In this document: positions 15,666 to 23,897 of the stretch, piece after piece | Position numbering within the stretch: the stretch's first letter is position 1 | Layout of the letters: each line of letters starts with the position of its first letter | Source of the DNA: a virus | IMG/VR virus record: IMGVR_UViG_3300031953_000042 | Length of the DNA: 41,847 bases | Direction: 5' to 3' (one strand) | Translations under genes and position numbers: made by a program | The notes under the pieces: model-generated | Told to the model about the DNA's origin: nothing | The model's database searches: none | The model's input: the letters and a program-made list of their open reading frames with translations, nothing else

Positions 15666-16898
15666 TTACCGGGCGATAGCGGCCGGGGCAACGCTCGGAG
15701 TGGATGTGGGCCCGCCGGCCGAGAACGAGAGCGCTTCACGGTACGGCTTACGAATCTGCCCGGTGTTCGCGACGTGATCACGGATCCGCGCTTGCTCGGC
15801 TCTAATCGATCGCCCGTACTGGGATGCGCTGAACTCGTCGCCGAGCCCGCCGGCGATGTTCTGTTTCTGTTTCAACGTGCGAACACGGCGCTCGAGGTAG
15901 CGAAGCCGGTCGCGGTCTTTCTCGCTTTGCGGGTCATACGTCGAGTCGTTCGCGGGCAGAGACAGACCGGGGAACACGGGGGCGAGCGTGCAGCGACAGT
16001 TCGGGTGGTTCCAACCGTCGGCGCGTGCGCTCTCGATCGTGCCCGCGACTTCGACCGTGACCGGTGCGCCCGTTGTGGCGTGCTCGGCTTCGACTGTGCC
16101 CGTTATCCCGTTCAGTGACAGAACCCGCCCCGACCAACGCGCGCACGCTTGGCACGAATCCGAGCCGCGAACGATCGTCACGAACTGCAATCCCATAGCG
16201 TCCCACCGCTCGGTATGCCCGGCGAGCCATGCCCGGTTCGTCGCGGTGCGGGTAGCCATCTCCGTGTATGCGCTCACCGACCAACGCCGGCCGCCCTGAT
16301 CAACAAACCCCGTAATCCCTTTGCTGAGAAACGAAGCCACGGCGCGGTTCTGAGCTTGCCGGCCGGTCGTTGCGCCCAGCAGTCGTTCACCGGCGAAGCG
16401 GGCGACGGTCTGTTGATACACGTCGGGAGTGAACCGGAGAATGCGGGCGCTCATATCGTCGAGCGCGTTCGTGAGCTCTAACCCGATCTGTGCCGAAGCA
16501 AGAGCGGCGCCGGGAGTGATGCCCGTCGCGAATGGAAGCGTTACCCCGTTGCCGAACTTGATCGGGTTCGTTGCACCGCCGGCCGCTTGCGTGAACCCTA
16601 GCTGCTCGATTGCGGCCGCTTCGCCCTCTCGCATTGCTGTTTCCACAACGACGCGGGCGAGCGCTTCGGAGTCAATGGCCGCGATCGTGCGAGCCGCTTC
16701 GACGCGTAGCGATTGGATAGCCGCGAGCCGTGCCGTTTGGTCGGCCGTGTTCATATCAGCCGCGACCCGTCGAGCTATCTCGGCGAGCAGGTGCGTTTCT
16801 GCGCGTTGGTACGTTGTGGCGAGATACGCGCCCAACTGTTCGACGGTCTCTTGGCCGGTGAGATAGTCAGCGTCGGCGCGCTCAACGAAGCGGGCCAC
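15666..16898 (-). CDS. Head morphogenesis / minor capsid protein, SPP1 gp7 / Mu F family
   Basis: Hallmark WNHPNCRCTL motif. Positioned after the portal gene. GTG start. Confidence 0.85.
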   Translation of the reverse strand: MARFVERADADYLTGQETVEQLGAYLATTYQRAETHLLAEIARRVAADMNTADQTARLAAIQSLRVEAARTIAAIDSEALARVVVETAMREGEAAAIEQLGFTQAAGGATNPIKFGNGVTLPFATGITPGAALASAQIGLELTNALDDMSARILRFTPDVYQQTVARFAGERLLGATTGRQAQNRAVASFLSKGITGFVDQGGRRWSVSAYTEMATRTATNRAWLAGHTERWDAMGLQFVTIVRGSDSCQACARWSGRVLSLNGITGTVEAEHATTGAPVTVEVAGTIESARADGWNHPNCRCTLAPVFPGLSLPANDSTYDPQSEKDRDRLRYLERRVRTLKQKQNIAGGLGDEFSASQYGRSIRAEQARIRDHVANTGQIRKPYREALSFSAGGPTSTPSVAPAAIAR

Positions 16899-16901
16899 GG
16901 G

Positions 16902-17033
16902 TTACTTCAAACGGGGAAGCCGCGGCGGGCGAGACTTCGCGAGCTTTTCGTGACTCTCGGCCATAGCTAGACCGACAACCGCGAGGGGGATTGCTCCGAG
17001 AACTAGGCAGATAATCACAACTAGAACGATCAC
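16902..17033 (-). CDS. Small membrane protein (43 aa; N-terminal TM, basic tail)
   Basis: GTG start in a GTGA overlap with the upstream mini-gene. Sequence: (M)IVLVVIICLVLGAIPLAVVGLAMAESHEKLAKSRPPRLPRLK. Confidence 0.5.
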   Translation of the reverse strand: MIVLVVIICLVLGAIPLAVVGLAMAESHEKLAKSRPPRLPRLK

Positions 17034-17224
17034 TTCTTCACCGCCCCTGTTGCCTTGCCGCGGAACATGCGCGGGGCTTGCTTGCGTGCTCGGTGCCGTA
17101 TCGGGAGGTTCTCTTCCGCCGTAGGGTCGGGAGTGTTCCGGCCGGCGGCTTTCGTGAAGATCACAAGCAGCAACACGGCGAGCAGCAGCACAAGAGCAAT
17201 CATTAGAAACGCTTCGAGGTTCAT
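17030..17224 (-). CDS. Small membrane protein (64 aa; N-terminal TM, basic tail)
   Basis: ATGA overlap with the portal stop. Sequence: MNLEAFLMIALVLLLAVLLLVIF followed by a Lys/Arg-rich tail. Confidence 0.6.
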   Translation of the reverse strand: MNLEAFLMIALVLLLAVLLLVIFTKAAGRNTPDPTAEENLPIRHRARKQAPRMFRGKATGAVKK

Positions 17225-18891
17225 TCGGTGCCGTCCTTTTCTGGGTTGGGGTCGGTGGCGTCGAGTGTAATCGTTTCACGGCCGAACGTCGAGGGGTCGG
17301 CGAGCGTCGAGCCGTTCACGTCGGCCATCTGCTTTGCGATCTTCGCCACTTCCCCGCGTACCTGTTCCTCGTCCCAATTCGGGCGGCGCTCGCGGACGGT
17401 CTGTTCAATGCTGATCGCGTTCGCCGTAGACAGGTCTAAGAACGTGCGGGCTTGCTCGGCCGGGTTCACCTGAGACACGTCGGGGAAGTCGATCGCGAGT
17501 TCGTTCGTGATCGGGCCACTCCCCTTGCCGGGATACATAAGCCCGTCGAGCTCGGCGAGCATACGAAAGAACGGGTTAGCGGCGCTTTTGTATTCCAACG
17601 CCTTAGCGTCGCGGGTTCGTTCGCTCTTCGTAGTGCGGTCGTTGACTTCCGTCGCTGTTGCCGCCCCGCCGGAGTCAATGCCGACCGGGTTCCCGTAAGA
17701 CGCCATAGACCAGCCGGCACCGTCGAGGATTTCCATCTTCGCGGCCGCGAGCAAGTTCAGGTGCTCTTGCCACCGGATACCGGGCTGGGTGTCTTTGATT
17801 GTGTTCGTTCCCGATTCGGGGTCTAGCCCGCCAACTTCGGTGAATATCTCCCGGTCGGGGTCGAAGCTTCCACCGTCGCCGGCTCCCATACTGTCGAGCA
17901 TTCCGACGGGCACAAGGAGGCGGGCCTTGCCGAGTCGAACGTCGCGCATGGCCGAGCCCCAAAGTTCGGAATATGCGTCGATTAGCGGCTCTATGCTCTC
18001 GAAGTCAGACCGGCCGAGATTCGCCAAGTTGCCAGAACGACGCCACGCGCGCGCCGGCCGGTTGCGCCAAAACTGCGCGGTTAGCCGTTCGAGCCCCGTC
18101 GGGATAACCGCGACAAGCCCGTCCATTGTGTGATCGGCTTCGAGCAGATACGAGAGCGCTTCCACCTTGTCGAGCGGTGCCAGTTTGCCGATGCTCGATT
18201 CGGTTCCGAGATAGAGAGCGTGCTCAATGAATCCGATCGAGTGGCGTTCAATGTGGCGGAACACTTTCGAGCCGTCGGCGGGGTATTCCTGAAACAGTGA
18301 CACCGCGACGAGGCGGCCGTTTCCGTTGAACTCTGGCAGAGAACAGTCGGCGCCTATGGAGTCGAACCAGACCGATTCGCGGTCTTTGTCGTCAACGTCC
18401 CACGCGGCTTTCAGCACAACGCCACCGATCGCGGCCGCGGTCTCGGCGGCTTCGAGCAGGGTCATGTGTGCATCGTCGGAGTTCGCGAACAGATCGAGGC
18501 GGGCTTGCTGTTCGTTGTTGATCTGTGCGCGCTTCCCGTCGCTCTTAGTCTCGAAGAGTCGCACCGTTGGCGCTTCGGCCATAAGCTGCCCGGCCGAGAG
18601 TGCCGCGATACTGCCACCGATCGGCACGGGCAAGTCGGTGCGCTTTTCGTTGGCCGGGCTATCTCCGATTCGTTGCCAACCCCAACGGCGGGCAATGTCC
18701 ACCAGTAGCCCTTTGCGCTTCACGCGACCAGCAGCAGCGCGGCCGGCTTCGTTGCTTTGGCTTCCGCCGCGCAATATCTTGCCGAGCTCCGCTGTGTCGT
18801 TGAGCCAGATCGCTTCGTTGAGTTGATACCGGTCGAATGCGGGGGCGTGGAAGTCGGGAAGCCAAGCGGTTCCCTCTGACGGCATAGGCAT
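17221..18891 (-). CDS. Portal protein
   Basis: 556 aa from ATG 18891 (TAATG junction). It lies between the TerL region and MuF. The upstream 52 codons of the track ORF are Arg-rich shadow sequence. Confidence 0.85.
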   Translation of the reverse strand: MPMPSEGTAWLPDFHAPAFDRYQLNEAIWLNDTAELGKILRGGSQSNEAGRAAAGRVKRKGLLVDIARRWGWQRIGDSPANEKRTDLPVPIGGSIAALSAGQLMAEAPTVRLFETKSDGKRAQINNEQQARLDLFANSDDAHMTLLEAAETAAAIGGVVLKAAWDVDDKDRESVWFDSIGADCSLPEFNGNGRLVAVSLFQEYPADGSKVFRHIERHSIGFIEHALYLGTESSIGKLAPLDKVEALSYLLEADHTMDGLVAVIPTGLERLTAQFWRNRPARAWRRSGNLANLGRSDFESIEPLIDAYSELWGSAMRDVRLGKARLLVPVGMLDSMGAGDGGSFDPDREIFTEVGGLDPESGTNTIKDTQPGIRWQEHLNLLAAAKMEILDGAGWSMASYGNPVGIDSGGAATATEVNDRTTKSERTRDAKALEYKSAANPFFRMLAELDGLMYPGKGSGPITNELAIDFPDVSQVNPAEQARTFLDLSTANAISIEQTVRERRPNWDEEQVRGEVAKIAKQMADVNGSTLADPSTFGRETITLDATDPNPEKDGTE

Positions 18892-19295
18892 TATTTGGAG
18901 TCCTCCGGGTGCTCGGTCGCGGCGTGCTCTTTGAGCGCGTCGAGAACCTCTTCGATTGTGCGACGCTTCGCAACGTAGGGGCACACGGCAACGGGGCAGA
19001 TACCGCCGACGCCTTGGCCGGGTGCGTCGGGGTCGGCGGCATCCCACGGGGATTCGTCGTCGTCGGCGTCGGTGCCGTTGAGTTTGTCAGCTACGGGGGT
19101 GCAATAGCCACACTTGCCGGGGTTGGTCTCGTCGAAGTCGTGCGGCCCGGTTCCCTTGTGAACGTAGGCGAGACCTAGTTCGGGATAAATATCAACGGGC
19201 GGCCGGGCGGGTATGGCTGTTGGGTTCATGGTTGCGGACTCTTCCAGAGTGTCGGCGGGGGTAACGTGCTCCGGTGTCCATGCGCCGATCGTCAC
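18891..19295 (-). CDS. Hypothetical acidic Cys-containing protein between terminase and portal
   Basis: GTG 19295 lies in a GTGA overlap with the TerL stop; ATG 19229 is an alternative start. Motifs GKCGYC ... ICPVAVCP suggest a zinc-binding knuckle. Confidence 0.55.
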   Translation of the reverse strand: MTIGAWTPEHVTPADTLEESATMNPTAIPARPPVDIYPELGLAYVHKGTGPHDFDETNPGKCGYCTPVADKLNGTDADDDESPWDAADPDAPGQGVGGICPVAVCPYVAKRRTIEEVLDALKEHAATEHPEDSK

Positions 19296-20692
19296 GCGGC
19301 TAGTCGGTAAGCCGCTTTCAGAATAGGCCACCACAACGGCCGTGTGGTATAGATCGCGTACCGCGCGCCGTCGAGACTGTGATCGTTCTCCGTTACCGGG
19401 TAGTCGATGCCGTCTTCGTCGGCTTTCTTTTGGTCGTAAACATATTCGGTTACTTCACTAAGAAAGCCGGGACAACGATCAGTGACCAACAGGTGGTGCG
19501 AGCCGATCAAGTTCTGAACGGTGCTAATGCCTTTCATGACTGAGTTCGCCGCGGGCCCGGTAATGAACCCCGCGTTACGGAGTGCGAGAGAGAACGCGGG
19601 CGCCGCCGGGTCGACCACGATTGCGCGGGGGCGCTGTTGAAGTAGTGGCGTTGGCGTGTGTGACTGTGCGAAGCCGCGGCCGTCGCCGTGATACCAGTCA
19701 GAGAACCGCAGCGCTTGCTTGTCGGGGGTGAGCCGTAGTTTCGTAACGCGGGAGTCGTAACGCCATTCGTCGAGCAAGATCAGCCGCGGGCGGGGTAGTC
19801 CCTTGGCTGTGCGCTCGGCGGTGATTCCGAGCAACAGGCCGGTGGATGCGTTCGACGTTCCCCAGTCCATCCCAATACTGAGCACGTCGGAAAGTGGCGG
19901 CGTTTCTTCCCACCGGATTGTGTGCGCCGTATGGTCGGCGATTGGCTTCACCGTGTCGTCGAAGTCTGAGTAGATCGCGCCGGCGGCGGCCGTCCATAGG
20001 CCGAGTATGAACCGTTCGTGTTGTGTGCGCTCGGAGAACGTCGCCTCCATATCGCGCATGTATTCGGGCCCGACTTCCCCGCCCTCGTAGTAAAGCGGGT
20101 TGTCGTGCATCGTTAGGTGGAAAGTGATCATGTTCACGGCGTCGCCGCGGTCAATCCAGTTGGTTTTCAGCCAATGGTTGCGGGAGCCGGGGTTCGTTGT
20201 CGCGATCAGTCGGGCACCCTTTACGCGTAGGCGGGTGATCAGCATCGACCAGAAGTTCACCGGCACGAGGGTTGCTTCGTCAACGTAGGCGAGCCCATAC
20301 GTTGCGCCGCGGATCCGTTCTTCGGCGCTCGCGTTGTTGGCTCCGATCAGTTGCACCCGTCGGCCGAGAATGACGGCGAAGTTGGAACCGCGGGTGTGCA
20401 CCGTGTGAGCGGCGAGAGCTCCGAACACTTTCGGGTTCTGCAGTGTGTTTATGACGTTGTCTTCGATCGACGTCAACGTCTTGCCGATAATCACGATTAG
20501 CTCGCCGGCGGGCGCTCGGTGTAAGGCGATCAGAAACGCGAGCAGACTCGCGACGGTCTTCCCGGCCGAGACCGCACCGACCCAGAGCGCGATCTTGCGT
20601 TCGTCACTTCGGGCAACGCTCGCGAGTTGGCGCGGGGACATTACTCCGAACAGGTCGGTGAGCTTCGTCGAGCCGGGAACGGGGGCGCTCAC
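19292..20692 (-). CDS. terL: Terminase large subunit
   Basis: Walker A GAVSAGKT and Walker B-like LAYVDEA. C-terminal nuclease-type acidic motifs (GMDWG). GTGA overlap with TerS. Confidence 0.9.
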   Translation of the reverse strand: MSAPVPGSTKLTDLFGVMSPRQLASVARSDERKIALWVGAVSAGKTVASLLAFLIALHRAPAGELIVIIGKTLTSIEDNVINTLQNPKVFGALAAHTVHTRGSNFAVILGRRVQLIGANNASAEERIRGATYGLAYVDEATLVPVNFWSMLITRLRVKGARLIATTNPGSRNHWLKTNWIDRGDAVNMITFHLTMHDNPLYYEGGEVGPEYMRDMEATFSERTQHERFILGLWTAAAGAIYSDFDDTVKPIADHTAHTIRWEETPPLSDVLSIGMDWGTSNASTGLLLGITAERTAKGLPRPRLILLDEWRYDSRVTKLRLTPDKQALRFSDWYHGDGRGFAQSHTPTPLLQQRPRAIVVDPAAPAFSLALRNAGFITGPAANSVMKGISTVQNLIGSHHLLVTDRCPGFLSEVTEYVYDQKKADEDGIDYPVTENDHSLDGARYAIYTTRPLWWPILKAAYRLAA

Positions 20693-21369
20693 GGGGTCGC
20701 TGTTGGCTCGGTCGGTTCCGCGGGCATCCGGTCGGGGGTCTCTGTCGGGTCGGGCATTTCGCCGGCGGCCGCAAGGCTCCGGTAGATCGCTCCGAGTGAT
20801 TCGTGCATTTCGCCAACCATTCCGAGCGCACCGGGCAAGTTCCCGCCGTCTGAGTCGATTCGCTCCAAGTCGGCGTGCCGCTGTAACGCAATGGCCGCGA
20901 TCGTCATTTGGTTTCGTTGATCACCGACGGGCGGGGCATCCAGTAGGCGCTCGCTGTAGGTGTTGTCTTTGCCGCCGAAGCTGAACACAACCGCCGGGGC
21001 ATCCATAGCTTCGAGCGCTTCCCGTGCACGAACTAACAACATGGCCGACAACTGAGCCCGCGACGCCGCTAGGTCAATGCGGTGAGCTTCCACCGCGAGC
21101 GCCGTCGCCGTGCGGTCGAACTCGAGCGGGGGGTCTTCCGCCTTAGCGATATTGGAAACCGTCGCGGCTCCGATGCTGAGTTCTCTCGCGATCTGATTCC
21201 GACCAAAGCCGAGACCGTGAAGCCGGCGAACCTCTGAGCGCGTTTCGTCGGTGACTGGACGGGGCGCTTGGCTCGGTTTCTTTTCTTGCTTTGTGTTGTT
21301 GTTCATGTTATGGCCTTGCCCGTTCGTCGGTTCTGCCCCGTTCGACGGGGTGGCGGTTGTCTTTGGCAT
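20689..21369 (-). CDS. terS: Terminase small subunit (HTH)
   Basis: HTH segment RRLHGLGFGRNQIARELSIGAATVSNI. Directly upstream of, and coupled to, TerL. It is the first gene after the terminator hairpin. Confidence 0.7.
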   Translation of the reverse strand: MPKTTATPSNGAEPTNGQGHNMNNNTKQEKKPSQAPRPVTDETRSEVRRLHGLGFGRNQIARELSIGAATVSNIAKAEDPPLEFDRTATALAVEAHRIDLAASRAQLSAMLLVRAREALEAMDAPAVVFSFGGKDNTYSERLLDAPPVGDQRNQMTIAAIALQRHADLERIDSDGGNLPGALGMVGEMHESLGAIYRSLAAAGEMPDPTETPDRMPAEPTEPTATP

Positions 21370-21381
21370 GTTACCGCGCGA

Positions 21382-21412
21382 AAGCCCCCGGCCGGGTTAG
21401 GGTCGGGGGCTT
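21382..21412 (-). terminator. GC-rich hairpin (T3) separating the early region from the late operon
   Basis: AAGCCCCCG / CGGGGGCTT stem with loop GCCGGGTTAGGGT. On the minus strand it is followed by TTTCGCG. It has the same architecture as the hairpins at 40659 and 41702. Confidence 0.55.
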
Positions 21413-21446
21413 CGGGTTTGGAAATTGTTTCGTCGCTTCGCGACTG

Positions 21447-21707
21447 TTAGGTGTTTCGGCTAGCGGGGCGGGGTTCTACGATCTTCAGGTATGTGTCGTA
21501 GCTTTCCCGGTCGCGTTGGCGTGCGTGTAGTGCGTTGAGTTGTTTCACGCGTTCGGCTTCGAGTGTTGCGGCGAAGCGTTTCAGTTGTGCGCCGGTGAGT
21601 GTGTCGAAGAGTTGCCAGCGTTCTTCGTTGCTGGCGTTTCGGTAGCGTTCTAGGTCTTCGGGGCTCTCGACGTCGAATGGTTGGGGTTGTGGGTTGAGTG
21701 TTGGCAT
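21447..21707 (-). CDS. Hypothetical protein, paralog family member P1
   Basis: AAGGAG RBS. Shares DLERYRNASNEERWQLF and C-terminal SYDTYLKIV motifs with 21719-21952. Confidence 0.7.
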   Translation of the reverse strand: MPTLNPQPQPFDVESPEDLERYRNASNEERWQLFDTLTGAQLKRFAATLEAERVKQLNALHARQRDRESYDTYLKIVEPRPASRNT

Positions 21708-21718
21708 GTTGTGGCTCC

Positions 21719-21952
21719 TTAGCCGGTGATGGTGTCGAGGTAGTCGTCGATCGATCCGCGGGCGGCGCGTTCGGCTGAGCGGGTGAGCTCGGCCGAGCGT
21801 TCGCGTTCGACGATGTTGTCGTTCAGTATCCGCATTTCTTCGCCTTTGAGGTACGCGAGCAGCGCGACTCGTTCGTCGTTGGTGGCGGTGACGAACTCTT
21901 CAACGTCGGCGGCTTTGCGGGGGTCGAATGTTACGGGGTCGATTGTTGCCAT
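21719..21952 (-). CDS. Hypothetical protein, paralog family member P2
   Basis: Starts at ATG 21952. Sequence begins MATIDPVTFDPRKAADVEEFVTATNDERVALL and ends SIDDYLDTITG. The track ORF extension to 22174 is Arg-rich shadow sequence. Confidence 0.65.
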   Translation of the reverse strand: MATIDPVTFDPRKAADVEEFVTATNDERVALLAYLKGEEMRILNDNIVERERSAELTRSAERAARGSIDDYLDTITG

Positions 21953-21984
21953 GTTGTTGTTTCGCTTTCTGTTGTTGTTGTTGG

Positions 21985-22200
21985 TTATTCGGAGTATGTG
22001 CCGCCGAAGCCGGAGTCGTGGCTGGGGCTTTTGTGAAGTGGGCACGGGCACGCGTCGCCGGGGGTGCATACCCCGCCGCAGTTCTCGCTCTCGCAAGGCT
22101 CGAACACTTCGCCCCTTATGCACGCGGTTTGATCGCCGTCGGTGTCGTCGTTGGGGCCACCGGGACAGGTGCACGGGTTTGCGGGTTCTTTTTCGTTCAT
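21985..22200 (-). CDS. Cys-rich acidic miniprotein (8 Cys in 71 aa)
   Basis: GGAG RBS. Contains CTCPGG...C...C...C...C...CPCP with Asp/Glu/Pro/Gly-rich spacing. Confidence 0.6.
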   Translation of the reverse strand: MNEKEPANPCTCPGGPNDDTDGDQTACIRGEVFEPCESENCGGVCTPGDACPCPLHKSPSHDSGFGGTYSE

Positions 22201-22229
22201 GGTTGCTCCGTTGCTTCGAGTGTTGTCGG

Positions 22230-22394
22230 TTATAGCCCGAAGAGTCGGGCGAGGTTCGATAGTGCGGCGAGCACGAACACGACCGAGAGTATGTTCATGC
22301 GGTAGCGGGCTCGGTTCATTTTCTGTTCAGCGTGCCGGAAGTATGCAATCGCTTTGTGGAGGTCGCCGGGCTTGACGTCGTCGTTGTCGTTCAT
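22230..22394 (-). CDS. Hypothetical 54-aa tail-anchored membrane protein (below track cutoff)
   Basis: ATGA overlap with the stop of 22391-22954. Sequence: MNDNDDVKPGDLHKAIAYFRHAEQKMNRARYRMNILSVVFVLAALSNLARLFGL. Confidence 0.5.
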   Translation of the reverse strand: MNDNDDVKPGDLHKAIAYFRHAEQKMNRARYRMNILSVVFVLAALSNLARLFGL

Positions 22395-22954
22395 GGTCGC
22401 GGCCTTATGATTTGCCCGCCGGGAAAACGTTCGGAAACGAAACCGCCGGGGGCTTCGGTGCCCTCACCGCGGGCGATTCCCCCTTGCGTGTTCGGCGGGA
22501 GTTTGAGGCCGGTGTTCGCGAGTGCGTGCGTTCCGGTCTCGTGTGCGAGTGTGTCGAAGCGTCGAGCGAGAGCGGTCAGCGCCTCTTGCCCGCGGTTGGC
22601 TTCGGCTCGGTGGACTTCCACGCGTCCCCGGTAGACCGTGACCAGTTCCGCGGCTTGTCTGAGGGTTAGCACGTCGATCAGTGATCCCTGTTCGCGGGTG
22701 TTCGCTACCTGAAAGTGGTCGGCGATTTCGGAGATTGTGCCGAGCTCGGTCACGCTTTCACCCTCTGCCGTTTCGGTGTCGACGTCGTCGTTGCCGGCGC
22801 TTGCTTTCATTGCGTCAATCTCGGCGGCGAGCCAACGCGAAAGCGTGATGAGTTCGTGAGTGAGCAAAGTCTCGGCGTAGGCGGTGCGGTTGTCTGACGC
22901 TAAGAACTCCACGAATATTTTCCGCGTGCGTTCGGAGGGGGTTTCGTTAGTCAT
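22391..22954 (-). CDS. Hypothetical protein (N-terminus distantly similar to the P1-P3 motif)
   Basis: 187 aa. ATGA coupling at both ends. Confidence 0.65.
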   Translation of the reverse strand: MTNETPSERTRKIFVEFLASDNRTAYAETLLTHELITLSRWLAAEIDAMKASAGNDDVDTETAEGESVTELGTISEIADHFQVANTREQGSLIDVLTLRQAAELVTVYRGRVEVHRAEANRGQEALTALARRFDTLAHETGTHALANTGLKLPPNTQGGIARGEGTEAPGGFVSERFPGGQIIRPRP

Positions 22955-23181
22955 GCTGTCTTCCTGTTCTGTGAGTTGTGCCGGGCGTTGTGCCGGCGGA
23001 TTAGGTCTTGCTTAGCGGTGCGGGTCTTCCATAGGGCGCCGGGCTTCGCGGCCGCGGCGTTGGCGAAGACAATCAAGACTGAGAGTGTCGTCGGCGTGTA
23101 GGTGTATAGCAGTTGGAACCGTTCGGAGTGATCGGCGGCCGTGAAGCGCTCGAGTTCCGCTTTGCCCTGTTCGTCGTTCAT
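22951..23181 (-). CDS. Hypothetical protein, paralog family member P3
   Basis: ELERFTAADHSERFQLL matches the P1/P2 N-terminal motif. Confidence 0.6.
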   Translation of the reverse strand: MNDEQGKAELERFTAADHSERFQLLYTYTPTTLSVLIVFANAAAAKPGALWKTRTAKQDLIRRHNARHNSQNRKTA

Positions 23182-23189
23182 GGCGTGCC

Positions 23190-23861
23190 CTAAACGATCG
23201 GGCTCACGGCGCCATGCAGCGCGGCTTCGGTGGCGCGAAGCTCTTCCCGGCGAGCGGCTTCGTTCAGTGCGGAAGTGTTCGCCGGCGGGAACGCTTGCGT
23301 GAACATGGCGGCGGCTTCGTGCATCTTCGTAGGGAACCGGACGGGAACTTCGTCGAGCGTGCCGGGCCCGTGCGCTGTTCCGCCGCCGACGGTGTGAAAA
23401 CGCACCGTTTCGGGGTTGGTCTCGTCGAGAATGCCGGAGAGATACCCGCGGGCGTCGTCGAGTGCGGCACGGGTTCCGGCTTTGTCATGCTCACACGCGT
23501 TGACGTACTGCCGTTTGAGTATCAGCAACAGGCCGGCGAGCTCGGAGACCGATCGGTCGGCAATGAATTGATCAACGTCGGCGTGAGCGGCGTCGCGGAA
23601 CTTGCGGGCGTTCTCCACGTCTTCGGCCACGGTTGTTCCGAGACTCAAAGCAACGGGAATACCGCCATGCCCAACAGAGCGAGCGCGCACGTTACTAGAA
23701 GTGTCCACAGCATTCTCCACGTCATTGTTCGGTTCTGCCTTTCGTGCTCGGTTGTTGAGTTGGTCTTGTACGTCGTCGAGTGTGTTCCGTGCTGAGTTGA
23801 TAGCGTTCTGCAATTCGCCGAGCGCGATCAGTTCCGCAGCTTGTCCAAGTGTTACGGCCAT
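23190..23861 (-). CDS. Hypothetical protein
   Basis: 223-aa ORF with protein-like composition and an ATG start. Confidence 0.65.
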   Translation of the reverse strand: MAVTLGQAAELIALGELQNAINSARNTLDDVQDQLNNRARKAEPNNDVENAVDTSSNVRARSVGHGGIPVALSLGTTVAEDVENARKFRDAAHADVDQFIADRSVSELAGLLLILKRQYVNACEHDKAGTRAALDDARGYLSGILDETNPETVRFHTVGGGTAHGPGTLDEVPVRFPTKMHEAAAMFTQAFPPANTSALNEAARREELRATEAALHGAVSPIV

Positions 23862-23897
23862 TGTTTCGGTTCTTTCTACTAGGTGAGCGGTTAGGGG

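Noticed and set aside
17221-19047. N-terminal extensions of track ORFs: portal to 19047, scaffold to 15561, ASCH to 28351, RuvC to 38339, methyltransferase to 31457, and others
   Set aside because: The extensions are Arg-rich, overlap upstream genes or hairpins, and lack RBSs. Internal ATG/GTG starts sit exactly at ATGA, GTGA or TAATG junctions or behind good SD sequences.
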